Origin: a virus
Lineage: Duplodnaviria; Caudoviricetes
Reading direction: 5' to 3' (one strand)
DNA length: 42,539 nucleotides
Virus record (IMG/VR): IMGVR_UViG_3300037575_000008
Coordinates: 1 to 42,539 of that record
Part shown: positions 7,688 to 17,525 of the stretch, one piece after another
Position numbering within the stretch: the stretch's first letter is position 1
How the letters are laid out: each line of letters begins with the position of its first letter
Program-made: the position numbers and the translations under genes
The notes under the pieces: generated by a model
Seen by the model: the letters and a program-made list of their open reading frames with translations, nothing else
The model's database searches: none
What the model was told of the DNA's origin: nothing

Positions 7688-8274
7688 TATTTCGACCCCT
7701 TAGGTGACTCTAGCTTGTTAATTCTTACGATTGATTCGGCTGGCAGCATTGCTTTGCTTTTTGTCTCAATCTTAATGAATGGCGTAAAAACATCCGTTAA
7801 ATCTTTTAGCGCCTTAACAGTGCGCACAGAGTTGAGAACGGCGTACAAGTCTTTGGTTAATTCGTCCATTCTTTTGACCATGTTTGCTCCAGCAGCCCAG
7901 TGAGCTTTGATTTCTTCCGTTGCCTCTACGGTTATTTGCCCGTATGCGCTAACGTATGTTTCTTTAACCCCAAAGCATTCACTAAGAATGTAGATAGAAC
8001 GACCATCTTTACTAAACGGGTTAGTTGCTTTCTTGCGGTTGTATATACCGTAGATATCAACACTCAATGAATCAGTTGTTCTAACCGTAGTCGATGTATC
8101 TTTACCTTTAAGGGTGTTCATTATCTTTTTACTGAACCCTTTATCCGCTGCGTTTTGAGCTTCAACTAAAATTGATTTAGCTTTATTCTCCCATTCAGAT
8201 ACTTCATCTTTAAACTGGTCTTTAACTACCGATAAAAGCAAGTCGCTTTTCATCTGTTTGTTTAGTGCTGTCAT
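7687..8274 (-). CDS. Nmad5 (nucleotide-modification-associated domain 5)-like protein
   Basis: M..LNKQMK N-terminus and C-terminal VLNSVRTVKAL pattern; first gene of a strong early unit. Confidence 0.55.
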   Translation of the reverse strand: MTALNKQMKSDLLLSVVKDQFKDEVSEWENKAKSILVEAQNAADKGFSKKIMNTLKGKDTSTTVRTTDSLSVDIYGIYNRKKATNPFSKDGRSIYILSECFGVKETYVSAYGQITVEATEEIKAHWAAGANMVKRMDELTKDLYAVLNSVRTVKALKDLTDVFTPFIKIETKSKAMLPAESIVRINKLESPKGSK

Positions 8275-8323
8275 TTCAATCTCCTGATTTAGGTTGGCGT
8301 TATTTCCTCGTTGGCATGTGTAT

Positions 8324-8387
8324 AGAATACCACTTATTCGTGTACGGTCAACACTTATTTGTGGTTTATTTGCTGGTCAGAGCAGTT
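8324..8387 (-). promoter_or_regulatory. Sigma70 promoter (TTGACC-16-TATTCT) with an upstream FadR-type box (8371-8387)
   Basis: Box TGCTGGTCAGAGCAGTT centred at about -62; AATAAGTG direct repeat inside the promoter. Confidence 0.65.
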
Positions 8388-8471
8388 AATCAAAATTTAT
8401 TATCGTAACCATAAATTTCTTTAATGGGTAAGCATATTTTGCATGCAAAGTAAAGCAACTATTTGATTTAT

Positions 8472-8711
8472 CTACTCAATTCGCCATATTCTCACGCCGC
8501 CCTCTAATTTTCTGCATGTGTACTTCATGCCGAATCTAGCCATTGCCTTTCTTATTGTTGTTACAGTGTTGTCTTTGTGCCCGTAAAGAGTTTCGATGAA
8601 AACGCTATCACCAACATTCATGGCTTTAGCTATGTCTGACTTAGGCTTTTTCTTTTCTTTCTTAACTCTAGGCTTAGGCATTGGAACTTTTTTATCGATA
8701 GTAATATTCAT
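8472..8711 (-). CDS. Small basic putative DNA-binding protein (start revised to MNITIDKKVPMP)
   Basis: I-D-K-x-V-P-M-P...M-x-VGDS...GGVRIWR motif common in phages; GAGG RBS. Confidence 0.7.
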   Translation of the reverse strand: MNITIDKKVPMPKPRVKKEKKKPKSDIAKAMNVGDSVFIETLYGHKDNTVTTIRKAMARFGMKYTCRKLEGGVRIWRIE

Positions 8712-8768
8712 AAAAACCTCAACATTAAATTTAACCACTTTCTTAAGTTTGACCATAATAATATAAAT

Positions 8769-9200
8769 GCCCACAAATGGCAATATTTACCAATGCCCAC
8801 AGAATGACACTGATATAAATCTTGTTAGGTCTGCACTATTTCCCATTAAAATCAACCACTTAAATAAAACTGGGGCAGTGCGGGCGTATTGTGGGCGCTT
8901 TTTTGCCATCTCTTTTTGCCTTTAGTATCAAATACTTAGCCTTTATTTAGCCCAGATGGGCGTAGTAGCGTGTTTGTGTATATGTACTTTTAAAGAGGTA
9001 AAATTATAGTTATTAATAATTAATACATACAACCCCTCCCTTATATCTATAATTTTTAATTAAACTATTGTTTTATAAAGAAAAAAACGGAGGCAAAACA
9101 TACTCCCACAAGAACCACAAAATTCACGTAAGCAATTGATAAGCATATAAAATATTGCGACTCTAAAAAGCTCCCACTTTTAGCCAAAAAGCACCCATAC
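8769..9200. other. Putative replication origin
   Basis: Non-coding region between the divergent arms; repeated (G/T)CCCA(C) motifs in both orientations; very AT-rich core at about 8995-9090. Confidence 0.55.
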
Positions 9201-9211
9201 ACAATTACTAG

Positions 9212-9247
9212 TTGTAATATGTGTTTATAGCTAATAGTATTAAACAC
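9212..9247 (+). promoter_or_regulatory. Sigma70-like promoter of the replication arm with an internal inverted repeat
   Basis: TTGTAA-17-TAGTAT; GTGTTTA/TAAACAC arms. Confidence 0.55.
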
Positions 9248-9275
9248 GGTTATAAACCTAGAGGAAAAACAACAC

Positions 9276-9518
9276 ATGAAGTCTTTCGAGCAAATTAAAC
9301 AAGAGCAAGCATCGGAACTGATGCGACTAATTGAGTTTGCAGGCAGCCAAGCGCGACTTGCTAGAGCATTGGATGTATCACCCCAGGTGGTTCAAAATTG
9401 GGTTAAGCGTGGGCGCATTAGTGCAACGTGTGCAATTGAGGCCGAACAGCAAACCAATGGCTTTATCACAAAAGAAGAGCTGCGCCCCGATGTGGATAAC
9501 TGGTTGACTGAGCAATAA
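9276..9518 (+). CDS. cro: Cro-like (YdaS family) HTH regulator
   Basis: GSQARLARALDVSPQVVQNWVKRG...EELRPD. Confidence 0.85.
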   Translation: MKSFEQIKQEQASELMRLIEFAGSQARLARALDVSPQVVQNWVKRGRISATCAIEAEQQTNGFITKEELRPDVDNWLTEQ

Positions 9519-9523
9519 GCCTT

Positions 9524-11071
9524 ATGGAATTTCGCGTTGATGATATTGAAAAGTGGGCAGATGAAAACAATTGCACGTTGGCACATGCCGCCGTTGCTCT
9601 TGGTAGTCCACTGATAACAAAAACACCAGTTTGGCCTGATGTATCGCCGATTGAAATCGAAAGCGAAAGACCGAACCCGCAAATTGCAACAAGTCAAAGA
9701 GGGGATATTTTAACACTAGTAGCTAAACAGTTAGCCGATGCAATACAGTTTCCAGTTAACACGGCGTACTTGCACAGCTTGGGCGTGACAGCCTCTGCAA
9801 TGACTAAGGGCTTTAAGATTAAGTATGGTTTTGATTCTGTACCTGCAAACCTTTACGTCATAACGGCACAACCACCAAGCACAGGCAAGAGCGCGGTTAA
9901 CGGCAAGCTTTATGCGCCAGTATTTAAAGCTTACAACAAGCTTAATGAAGAAACCGCGACAGAGCGCAAACAGCTAGAGCGAGAAATCAAGCGCCTTGAA
10001 AAAGAGCTTGATAAGGGCAGCAGCAAGGAAGGCGATGAGCAAGAAATCATGGATAAGATAGCGGTTAAGGAAGAAAGGCTCGCACTTATTCCTGAGTGGC
10101 AAGGCACGTTAACCGATACTACCATTGAGGCCGCTGAAATGGTTGCACGTGAGCAAAACGGTATGTTTAACATCATAAGCGCAGAGGCTGAATCAATTAA
10201 CGTTATTGTGGGCGCTGTATACAGTGACGACAAAGGCGGCAACAAATCAAACCAAGGTTTACTTCTTAACGCATGGGATGGTGAGTATGTAAATACTAAG
10301 CGCGTAGGCCGCAAAGGCTTTTCTGGTTACGCTAAATCAACAATAAGCGTTATTGCGCAGGAAGATTCGATTGATACCATTCTTGCCGCTGGTGCGTCTG
10401 GTCGCGGATTGACTGAGCGCTTTTTGCTTTTGTTTGAAAACTCAATGCTAGGCCATCGTGACCATTTCAAGCAAACACGCATAGATAAATCATTGTTCAG
10501 TCGATACGAATCAATGATTGAGAATGTTGTGCGCGAAGAAGATGTTGAACTTCGTTTTAGCGATAGCGCAAACCTTATCATTAAAAACTACATTGCAAGC
10601 GTTGAGCCTGAGTTGCGCGATGATGGCGCTTTCAGTAACGCATTGTTAACGGGTTTTATGGGTAAGGCAGACAAGCACATAAGAAAGCTTGCAGCGGTGC
10701 TGCACGTAAGCGAGGCTTGGCAGGATGGCGGCTCTCGCTCTCCCATTATAGAAGACGATGCAGCAATGTGGGCGATGGGTATCTTTGACGAGCTATCAAA
10801 AACCTTTATAAGCGCATCTGACAATTTGGGCTATGTTGGTAAAAAGTCAGAGATTGAAAAGTTGCGCGTGGTGTTCACGCAATTAGCTGAAAATGGGAAA
10901 TTGAAAACAACCGTTGCAGCTATACGCGACAAGGTGAAAAACTCAAAACCGTTTAAAGGCTCTCGAAATCTGCAAAGCAAACTTAAAAATGATTGCTTGC
11001 CAGTGCTTGAAGGACATAGCTATATCATCGTAAGTGGCAATGATATTCACATTAACCCAAGGCTTAAATAA
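9524..11071 (+). CDS. DUF3987/YfjI-like P-loop replication protein (putative helicase)
   Basis: NLY...QPPSTGKS Walker A; LLNAWDGE; GLTERFL. Confidence 0.8.
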   Translation: MEFRVDDIEKWADENNCTLAHAAVALGSPLITKTPVWPDVSPIEIESERPNPQIATSQRGDILTLVAKQLADAIQFPVNTAYLHSLGVTASAMTKGFKIKYGFDSVPANLYVITAQPPSTGKSAVNGKLYAPVFKAYNKLNEETATERKQLEREIKRLEKELDKGSSKEGDEQEIMDKIAVKEERLALIPEWQGTLTDTTIEAAEMVAREQNGMFNIISAEAESINVIVGAVYSDDKGGNKSNQGLLLNAWDGEYVNTKRVGRKGFSGYAKSTISVIAQEDSIDTILAAGASGRGLTERFLLLFENSMLGHRDHFKQTRIDKSLFSRYESMIENVVREEDVELRFSDSANLIIKNYIASVEPELRDDGAFSNALLTGFMGKADKHIRKLAAVLHVSEAWQDGGSRSPIIEDDAAMWAMGIFDELSKTFISASDNLGYVGKKSEIEKLRVVFTQLAENGKLKTTVAAIRDKVKNSKPFKGSRNLQSKLKNDCLPVLEGHSYIIVSGNDIHINPRLK

Positions 11072-11880
11072 TGGATAAACACGATATTGAATACGTCAAA
11101 AAGTCGAATGACATTGTTTCAGTCATTAACAAGTACGTACCGCTAAAGAAGAATGGTAAGAATTACGTTGCCTGCTGTCCTTTCCATAGTGAAAAAACGC
11201 CATCGTTTACCGTTGACGAACAAAAACAGTTTTATCACTGCTTTGGTTGTGGTGCGCACGGCGATGTTATTAAGTTTGTTATGGAGTATAGCGGTTTAGA
11301 TTTTAAGGAGGCATACAAAGAGCTTGGCGGCGCTGGTGAGTTCCAGGCAAGTGCAACCGTTTTGAAAAACATCAAAGATGCGGAGAAGATTAAAAAATTC
11401 AAAGCGCCCGATGATGACAAGCAGGATGGAGAACTAGCAAATAAGATATTAAGCAAGTGCGTAAATGAGCATGTTGGAGGTGTTGACTTTTTTAAATACA
11501 AGGGCGGTTACGTATTGCCCGTTTACAATGCTGACTTTGAACTGGTTAACGCGGTCAATTTTCGCCACGGTCAAACAATGCAATACATAGCTGGTGGGTT
11601 AACCTATGGCGGCTTTACCCCTGTAAAGGTTAATGATAGCGATAACTGGCTTGCATGTGTGTCGCTTGCTGATGGTCGTTACTTAGCGCACGAATTGAAT
11701 ATCAATGTTGCTGTGTGTTGGGATGTTTACAGCATGAAATACTTGTGCAAGTGGAATCATGGAGAAATGAAAGTGTGGCCTGTCATCCGTGAGTGTGACG
11801 ATGATTGGCTTTGCTATGAAATGAACTGGGTAAAACTAAAAGAAGATAAAACAGTGGAGAAAATGAAGTGCTTAAATTAA
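11071..11880 (+). CDS. Primase-like protein with a DnaG CHC2 zinc finger and a degenerate TOPRIM-like C-terminus
   Basis: [12 protein letters not shown]...[14 protein letters not shown]. Confidence 0.85.
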   Translation: MDKHDIEYVKKSNDIVSVINKYVPLKKNGKNYVACCPFHSEKTPSFTVDEQKQFYHCFGCGAHGDVIKFVMEYSGLDFKEAYKELGGAGEFQASATVLKNIKDAEKIKKFKAPDDDKQDGELANKILSKCVNEHVGGVDFFKYKGGYVLPVYNADFELVNAVNFRHGQTMQYIAGGLTYGGFTPVKVNDSDNWLACVSLADGRYLAHELNINVAVCWDVYSMKYLCKWNHGEMKVWPVIRECDDDWLCYEMNWVKLKEDKTVEKMKCLN

Positions 11881-13676
11881 GACATTACCAGCAAGAGGCG
11901 CACGATAAAACAATAGCGCATTGCAAAGAATCAAACGAACCTGCCTTTCACTCGCAATCGGTGGGCGCTGGTAAATCACTATTACTTGCATTTATCGCAA
12001 AGCACATTACCGATAAGAAAGGGCATATTCTTATTCTTGCTAGACAAGGTGAGTTAACCAGTCAGAACAGCGAAGAATACAAAATGATTGGTGGTAAGTG
12101 CAGCATATACAGCGCATCGCTTGGTATGAAATCAACGTTTTACCCAGCTGTGTTTGGTACTGAGGGAACAGTGAGCCGAGCCCTTGATACTGATTTTGCA
12201 TATAACGAGAAAGAGCCGAAGAAATCACCAGGTTTTTACCATGCGCTTGCTATTGACGAGGCGCACATGGTTGATTGGCAGGACGTTATAAAAGACGAAC
12301 CAACTACGCAATACGGTAAAATCATAAAACACCTCATGACCATTAACCCGCAAATAAGAATATTGGGTTATACGGGTTCGCCGTTTCGCAACAACTGCTC
12401 AATACTTGGAGATTTTTGGAAGAAGCAACTTTCTGACGTGTCAACTTATCAACTAATCAATGAAGGCTTTCTTGTGCCGCCTGTGTTCGGCTTCGCGGAC
12501 GATGACCACCATTACCAAGGTCTTGATAAGTATTCGCCAAGCGATAACGCCAGCGCAGACGATTACAGCGCCAAAGAGTTAGCCGCTATGGGGCGAGAGA
12601 TATGCAAACAGAAAGACAAAACCGCGCTAATCATGGAAGAAGTAATTGAGCGCACAAGAAACCGATTAGGCGTATTGATTACCTGTGCCAGTAAAAATCA
12701 TTGTGAGCAGGTGGCAGAGTGTTTGCCGCTTGGTAGTTGGGGTATTGTTACCGACAGCACAGGCAGCAAAGAGAGAAAAAGAATATTGGACGATGCCAAG
12801 AGTGGCAAAATTAAATATGTGATCCAAATTGGGTGCTTAACAACAGGAGTGAACGTGACGCGGTGGGATTGCCTTGTATTCCTTCGCAAGATTGGCAGCT
12901 TAGTGCAACTAATACAATTAGCTGGTCGCGGACTTCGCATCCTAAAAGATGAGCAGATGGCGCAAGGCATGGAAAAGCACGATTGCCTGATGCTTGATTA
13001 CACAGACACATTTGAGGCTATGGGAAAGATATTTGATGACCCGATAGTGCAAGGCGCGATGGCAGCAAAGAGCGAAAAAGAATATGAGGTGCAAGAATGC
13101 CCAAAATGCGGAACTGAGAACAGTGAGTTTGCAGTGCGTTGTCGTGGCGCTGATTCTAGCGCATCAGATGGGCGCTGTGAGCATTATTTTAAATTTACGA
13201 TGTGTTTAGCGTGTGAAACAGAAAACGCGCCCACGGCTCGCACATGCCGCAATTGTGACGCAATACTTATCGACCCAAATGCATCGTTAAACAGGAAATC
13301 ATACACAGACGCGGATTATAAGCCAGTCATTAAGATGCGCTTAGAGCTGGCGAAAAATGGTGGCATATGGGTTAATTACAGCCTTGACAGTACATATCAC
13401 AAATATGGTATTGATCGCCCCGAAATTGCGCGTGAGTTTTTCGACCCTGAAAGTAAAGAGCAGTTTAAAAAAGCGAAGTGGTGGAAATTCATTTCAACGC
13501 ACATTCAAGGCTCAACGTTTCGCAGAACGTTTGCCAGTATGAAGCCTGATGCCTGCATTAAAAATCAATCAATGCTCGATGTTCCAACCCATATCACGCA
13601 CAGAATTAATGATAAAGGTTTCAGTGTTATAAACCGTAAAAAGTTCAGAAGTGGCAGAGAAGAAAAAGCAAGTTGA
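11868..13676 (+). CDS. SF2 DEAH helicase (RadD/YejH-like) with C-terminal Zn ribbons
   Basis: [35 protein letters not shown]/CxxC. Confidence 0.9.
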   Translation: MLKLRHYQQEAHDKTIAHCKESNEPAFHSQSVGAGKSLLLAFIAKHITDKKGHILILARQGELTSQNSEEYKMIGGKCSIYSASLGMKSTFYPAVFGTEGTVSRALDTDFAYNEKEPKKSPGFYHALAIDEAHMVDWQDVIKDEPTTQYGKIIKHLMTINPQIRILGYTGSPFRNNCSILGDFWKKQLSDVSTYQLINEGFLVPPVFGFADDDHHYQGLDKYSPSDNASADDYSAKELAAMGREICKQKDKTALIMEEVIERTRNRLGVLITCASKNHCEQVAECLPLGSWGIVTDSTGSKERKRILDDAKSGKIKYVIQIGCLTTGVNVTRWDCLVFLRKIGSLVQLIQLAGRGLRILKDEQMAQGMEKHDCLMLDYTDTFEAMGKIFDDPIVQGAMAAKSEKEYEVQECPKCGTENSEFAVRCRGADSSASDGRCEHYFKFTMCLACETENAPTARTCRNCDAILIDPNASLNRKSYTDADYKPVIKMRLELAKNGGIWVNYSLDSTYHKYGIDRPEIAREFFDPESKEQFKKAKWWKFISTHIQGSTFRRTFASMKPDACIKNQSMLDVPTHITHRINDKGFSVINRKKFRSGREEKAS

Positions 13677-13684
13677 AAATAATA

Positions 13685-13722
13685 GTTGTGTATTATCGTG
13701 TTTAATGCTACGTTTACACAAC
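13685..13722 (+). promoter_or_regulatory. Promoter of the recombination genes with an inverted repeat
   Basis: TTGTGT-17-TACGTT; GTTGTGTA/TACACAAC arms; AGGAGG RBS downstream. Confidence 0.5.
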
Positions 13723-13741
13723 CAACTAAGGAGGTTGAAAA

Positions 13742-14542
13742 GTGGAATACGGTTTATTTGACATATCAGACGCTGAATACCGCGCACTACCAGCGTTAAG
13801 CAATCACGAATTGCAGTTATTCGCAAAAGACCCAAGCCTTTACATGTGGAATAAAAACGCGCCAGTTGACCCAAACAAAAGCACGACCGCTGAGTTTGGT
13901 AAGGCGCTTCATGTAATGATTTTAGAGCCGCACAATTTTGACGACAAGATTATGGTTTCAAGCGTTAAAGGTCGCACAACGCAGAAGTTTATTTCTGATC
14001 AGGTGGAAAATCCCGACAAGATTGTTGTTACTGAATCGGAGCTTGACCAATTAAGGGTTATGCAGTTAAGCGCAATGGCTAACCCGATGTTTAAACGCAT
14101 AATGAGCGCTAAAGGCAAAGGTGAGCAATCTATTGTTGTTCATGATGATGAGCGGAATATTGATTTAAAAATCCGCGTTGATTGGTTGATTGATTCAATG
14201 CCTTTGCCTTGCGACCTAAAAACAACCGAAGACATTGAAGATTGGCGCAGTGATAAGCAGTGGATTAATCCGCTTTACAAGATGGGTTACGGGTTGACCG
14301 CTGCGTTTTATCTTCATGCGATGGAGTTGCATTACAAGAAAGAGGTTAACGAATATATTTTCCCAATCGTGCAAAAATCTGCATCGCTTGGGCGTTACCC
14401 AGTATCGGTTTTCAGAATTACAAAAGACGAACTGGATGCGCTTGGTTTTTGGAGTGTGACGCAGTGCAATATATCAAACTTTGCCGAAGCGTTTCACGCT
14501 AATAAATTCACCAGCTTTGAACAGTTCCCAAAATTTAATTAG
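13742..14542 (+). CDS. recE: RecE/Exo VIII-like PD-(D/E)XK exonuclease (DUF3799)
   Basis: EYRALPALS, FGKALH..ILEP, KIRVDW...DLKT. Confidence 0.85.
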   Translation: MEYGLFDISDAEYRALPALSNHELQLFAKDPSLYMWNKNAPVDPNKSTTAEFGKALHVMILEPHNFDDKIMVSSVKGRTTQKFISDQVENPDKIVVTESELDQLRVMQLSAMANPMFKRIMSAKGKGEQSIVVHDDERNIDLKIRVDWLIDSMPLPCDLKTTEDIEDWRSDKQWINPLYKMGYGLTAAFYLHAMELHYKKEVNEYIFPIVQKSASLGRYPVSVFRITKDELDALGFWSVTQCNISNFAEAFHANKFTSFEQFPKFN

Positions 14543-14547
14543 GAGAT

Positions 14548-15384
14548 TTGAAAGTGACTAATAAACAGTTAAGCCCAATTCAAAAAACACAGCAACTTAT
14601 TGCAGCGAAAAAGCCAGAGTTGGCAAAAATGCTGCCATCTCATATTAGCGTTGAAACAATGGAGAGAGCCGCTAACAACGCACTAATGCGAAACCCTGAT
14701 ATTGCAGCATGTGACCCTGTAAGCGTTTATGATTCGGTTATGCGATGCGCCCAGGATGGTTTGATTCCTGATGGTAAAGAAGCCGCGATTGTTGTTTACG
14801 GTGGAAAGCAGGGCAAAAAAGCGCAGTATCAGCCAATGATTGACGGTGTGCTTAAACGCCTGCGCCAATCTGGTTTGGTTGAAATGATTAGCGCCAAAGC
14901 AGTGTTTGAAGGTGACGAGTTTGATTACTGGTTTGATGAAGATGGCGAGCATGTGAGATACCGCCCAGACTTTACAGCCGATGGCCAACGCCAGTTTAAA
15001 CTAGTATTCGCTTACGCCAAGTTAAAGGGCGGCGAAATGGTGGTTGAGGTAATGAACAAGGCAGAAGTTGAGCGAGTTAAATCTGCAAGTAAAACGGGAA
15101 ATAGCAGTTATGGGCCTTGGGCGCAATGGTATGACCGCATGGCAGTAAAATCGGCATTGCATAGACTTGCACGGCGCTTGCCATCATCTAGCGAAACCGC
15201 GCAATTAATCGAAGTGTCTGAGCGCGATATTGATGCAAGGTTTGACAGCTCACGAGATGTAACGCCAGTGAAAGAAGAAAAGCCGCAATCATTACTTGAC
15301 GCTTTGGGCGATAGCGAAGAAAAGCCAGTTGAGCAAGAATTGCCAGATGCAGAAGATATTTTTAACGAGGTGAGCAATGATTAA
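14548..15384 (+). CDS. recT: RecT-family single-strand annealing protein
   Basis: AQDGLIPDGKEAAIV, VFEGDEF, PWAQWYDRMAVKSALHRL. Confidence 0.9.
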   Translation: MKVTNKQLSPIQKTQQLIAAKKPELAKMLPSHISVETMERAANNALMRNPDIAACDPVSVYDSVMRCAQDGLIPDGKEAAIVVYGGKQGKKAQYQPMIDGVLKRLRQSGLVEMISAKAVFEGDEFDYWFDEDGEHVRYRPDFTADGQRQFKLVFAYAKLKGGEMVVEVMNKAEVERVKSASKTGNSSYGPWAQWYDRMAVKSALHRLARRLPSSSETAQLIEVSERDIDARFDSSRDVTPVKEEKPQSLLDALGDSEEKPVEQELPDAEDIFNEVSND

Positions 15385-15832
15385 AATAATCGGCATTGAC
15401 CCTGATATGCGCAAATGTGGTGTTTGCGTATATCATGGCGGAGAAATTGAATTGCTTATGAGCATGGATACGCCATTGCTATTAGATGCTGTCAAGGATT
15501 GCATTGAAAAAGGTGAAATTTTCGCACTAGAAAACGTCAACGCAATAAAAACCATTTACACCAAAAACCGAAAAGGCGGTCAAGCTGTGCAATCACGCAT
15601 AGCGCAGAATGTTGGAATGGTTAAGGCTGCGGCCATTATCATTCAAGACTACATCGAACACCACGGCGGCAAGGTAATACTTGTACCGCCTGGTATCGGC
15701 AAGCAAACCAAGAATAACGCAAAGTTATTTGCAGAATTAACGGGCTACACAGGGCGCACAAACGAAGATACGCGTGATGCTTACTGGATAGCAAAATACG
15801 CATGCAACCAAGTAAAAAACGGAGCAAAGTAG
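15377..15832 (+). CDS. RuvC-like Holliday junction resolvase
   Basis: IIGIDP, ALENV, NEDTRDA. Confidence 0.8.
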   Translation: MIKIIGIDPDMRKCGVCVYHGGEIELLMSMDTPLLLDAVKDCIEKGEIFALENVNAIKTIYTKNRKGGQAVQSRIAQNVGMVKAAAIIIQDYIEHHGGKVILVPPGIGKQTKNNAKLFAELTGYTGRTNEDTRDAYWIAKYACNQVKNGAK

Positions 15833-15833
15833 A

Positions 15834-16289
15834 ATGAATAACGCAACATTTGCGGGAAATATCGGCCAAGATTGCAGAATTAACAGTGTTAACGGTAACC
15901 AAGGTCAAATAACAGTTGTAAATTTCTCTCTTGCAGTAGACAAGAAAAAGAAAGACCAAAACGGCAACAAAGAAACGCTGTGGGTTGATTGTGCCGTATG
16001 GGGTAAGCAAGCCGAGGCACTTCAACAGTACCTAGTTAAAGGCCAGAAAGTCTCTGTTAGCGGTTCGGTTGATGTTGATACCTTTACCAAAAATGACGGG
16101 CAAATAATCCCAAAGCTAAACTTGATGGTTAGAGATTTAACATTGCAGGGTAGCGCAAGCCAGCCTCAAAACGGTAATTACCAGCAACAACAACAACCGC
16201 AATCAAACCAGCAGAAACCGCAAAACCAAGGCTCAATGCAGCAACCGCAGCAAGGCCAAGCTAATTATAGCGACGATATACCTTTTTGA
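15834..16289 (+). CDS. ssb: Single-stranded DNA-binding protein
   Basis: OB fold (GNIGQD, NFSLAV, WGKQAE..YLVKGQKV), Q-rich linker, DDIPF tail. Confidence 0.95.
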   Translation: MNNATFAGNIGQDCRINSVNGNQGQITVVNFSLAVDKKKKDQNGNKETLWVDCAVWGKQAEALQQYLVKGQKVSVSGSVDVDTFTKNDGQIIPKLNLMVRDLTLQGSASQPQNGNYQQQQQPQSNQQKPQNQGSMQQPQQGQANYSDDIPF

Positions 16290-16333
16290 TTAATTAACTT
16301 AACAAGGCGCACCACGCGACCAAGTGAGGGAAG

Positions 16334-16555
16334 ATGAAATACGAACTAACACGCGAGCAACTAATAGAATTAGCTGAGTGCATAGCTGCGTGCAGCTTAA
16401 CACCTGATGAGGCTTGTGAGTATATCGTTTCTACCGCTGCCGATATGCAGGAAAAAGAAGATGCGCGTATTGTGTGGCCCGAAAAATCAGGCGACAACAT
16501 GGAGTTTACGCACTTAACAGGTGAGTTGGTTAAAGTGGGGGTATATGAGTCGTGA
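16334..16555 (+). CDS. Hypothetical protein
   Basis: GAGG RBS. Confidence 0.65.
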   Translation: MKYELTREQLIELAECIAACSLTPDEACEYIVSTAADMQEKEDARIVWPEKSGDNMEFTHLTGELVKVGVYES

Positions 16556-16746
16556 TTGATGGCATAAACATGATGGCGAGCGGAGACTTTAGGTGTAGCC
16601 GCCTTTTAACCAAAACATTTGGCCTTGTTAAGTTTGAGTATAAGGATGAGCCATTTATAAGGGTAATTGACAACTCGGATGTATGGAGAAAAAAGATTGA
16701 CTTAATAACAAGCAGTGCTGAGTATGACATTATAGAGAAAATCTAA
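16552..16746 (+). CDS. Hypothetical protein
   Basis: GTGA overlap with the upstream gene. Confidence 0.55.
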   Translation: MIDGINMMASGDFRCSRLLTKTFGLVKFEYKDEPFIRVIDNSDVWRKKIDLITSSAEYDIIEKI

Positions 16747-16784
16747 CTGGTCTAATCTGTTACACCCACATTTAGTGTTATTGT
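16745..16784 (+). promoter_or_regulatory. FadR-type box (16745-16761) with extended -10 TGtTATTGT
   Basis: AACTGGTCTAATCTGTT, 17 nt, TATTGT. Confidence 0.7.
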
Positions 16785-16814
16785 GTGGGTGTTGATTGAT
16801 TGAGGAGATTGGAA

Positions 16815-16955
16815 ATGAAAAACCTAAAGAAGAAAGGCAAAAACAAAAAGAGTGATTTTTCTAAATCGTTTGCATTAACGTCAGCTATTGTTTTGTCACA
16901 CTCTATCACAGAGAAAAAGCGCATGAATACTTATGATAAGGGTAATGGGAAGTGA
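16815..16955 (+). CDS. Small Lys-rich protein (46 aa, not in ORF track)
   Basis: GAGGAG RBS; GTGA overlap with the next gene. Confidence 0.65.
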   Translation: MKNLKKKGKNKKSDFSKSFALTSAIVLSHSITEKKRMNTYDKGNGK

Positions 16956-17212
16956 GCCAAAAACAAAACCGCCAAACCTACAAGCGGCGCATAGATGAGC
17001 GCATACGATGGATTGCACAAGCTCACGGTGGCAAGGTTGAGAAAGGTCAAAAGCTAATCTCTGAGCGTGAAATGGTTATCAAAATGGGATATGTAAGAAC
17101 AACCATACGAGAAGCGTTTGCTGTCATGCAGTACCTTGAAATGATTACGTGCGAGCATGGCAAGTCTAAAATCGCGCTTGTGGAGTTTGATAAAAATTGG
17201 GGTTTAGAATGA
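16952..17212 (+). CDS. GntR-family winged-HTH, FadR-like DNA-binding domain only
   Basis: LISEREM..KMGYVRTTIREA....ITCEHGK versus FadR [21 protein letters not shown]...LTIQHGK. Confidence 0.8.
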   Translation: MSQKQNRQTYKRRIDERIRWIAQAHGGKVEKGQKLISEREMVIKMGYVRTTIREAFAVMQYLEMITCEHGKSKIALVEFDKNWGLE

Positions 17213-17385
17213 GTCAGTACAAATTTTCAGAAAACAAAGAGCATAACGCAGAGGTTATACGTGAAATGCTTAGTTACTTAAAGACTACTTTTCATGTCAT
17301 GCACCTTTGCGACAATACTTATTTGATAGATGCAGAAGCAATAAAGGAGTTCGCCGATAAGGTTGAAAACGGCGATATAATTTAA
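17209..17385 (+). CDS. Hypothetical protein
   Basis: ATGA overlap. Confidence 0.6.
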   Translation: MSQYKFSENKEHNAEVIREMLSYLKTTFHVMHLCDNTYLIDAEAIKEFADKVENGDII

Positions 17386-17423
17386 CGAGCAGCCGCGCAG
17401 TAGCTCACAACGGAGAGTGACAC

Positions 17424-17516
17424 ATGAGAAGCACAGATATAGATAGAAAGGCGCAACTAAAAGCTTTACTGATTGCGGTTGCCACAATAGTAATACTGAT
17501 GTATTGCGGGTATTAG
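17424..17516 (+). CDS. Small membrane peptide (30 aa)
   Basis: GGAG RBS; MRSTDIDRKAQLKALLIAVATIVILMYCGY. Confidence 0.45.
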   Translation: MRSTDIDRKAQLKALLIAVATIVILMYCGY

Positions 17517-17525
17517 GAGAAGATT

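Noticed and set aside
5881-16762. Invertible segment bounded by the 23-bp inverted repeat
   Set aside because: No site-specific recombinase is seen, and both copies are explained as same-sense promoter boxes on divergent arms; RecET-mediated inversion is not excluded.
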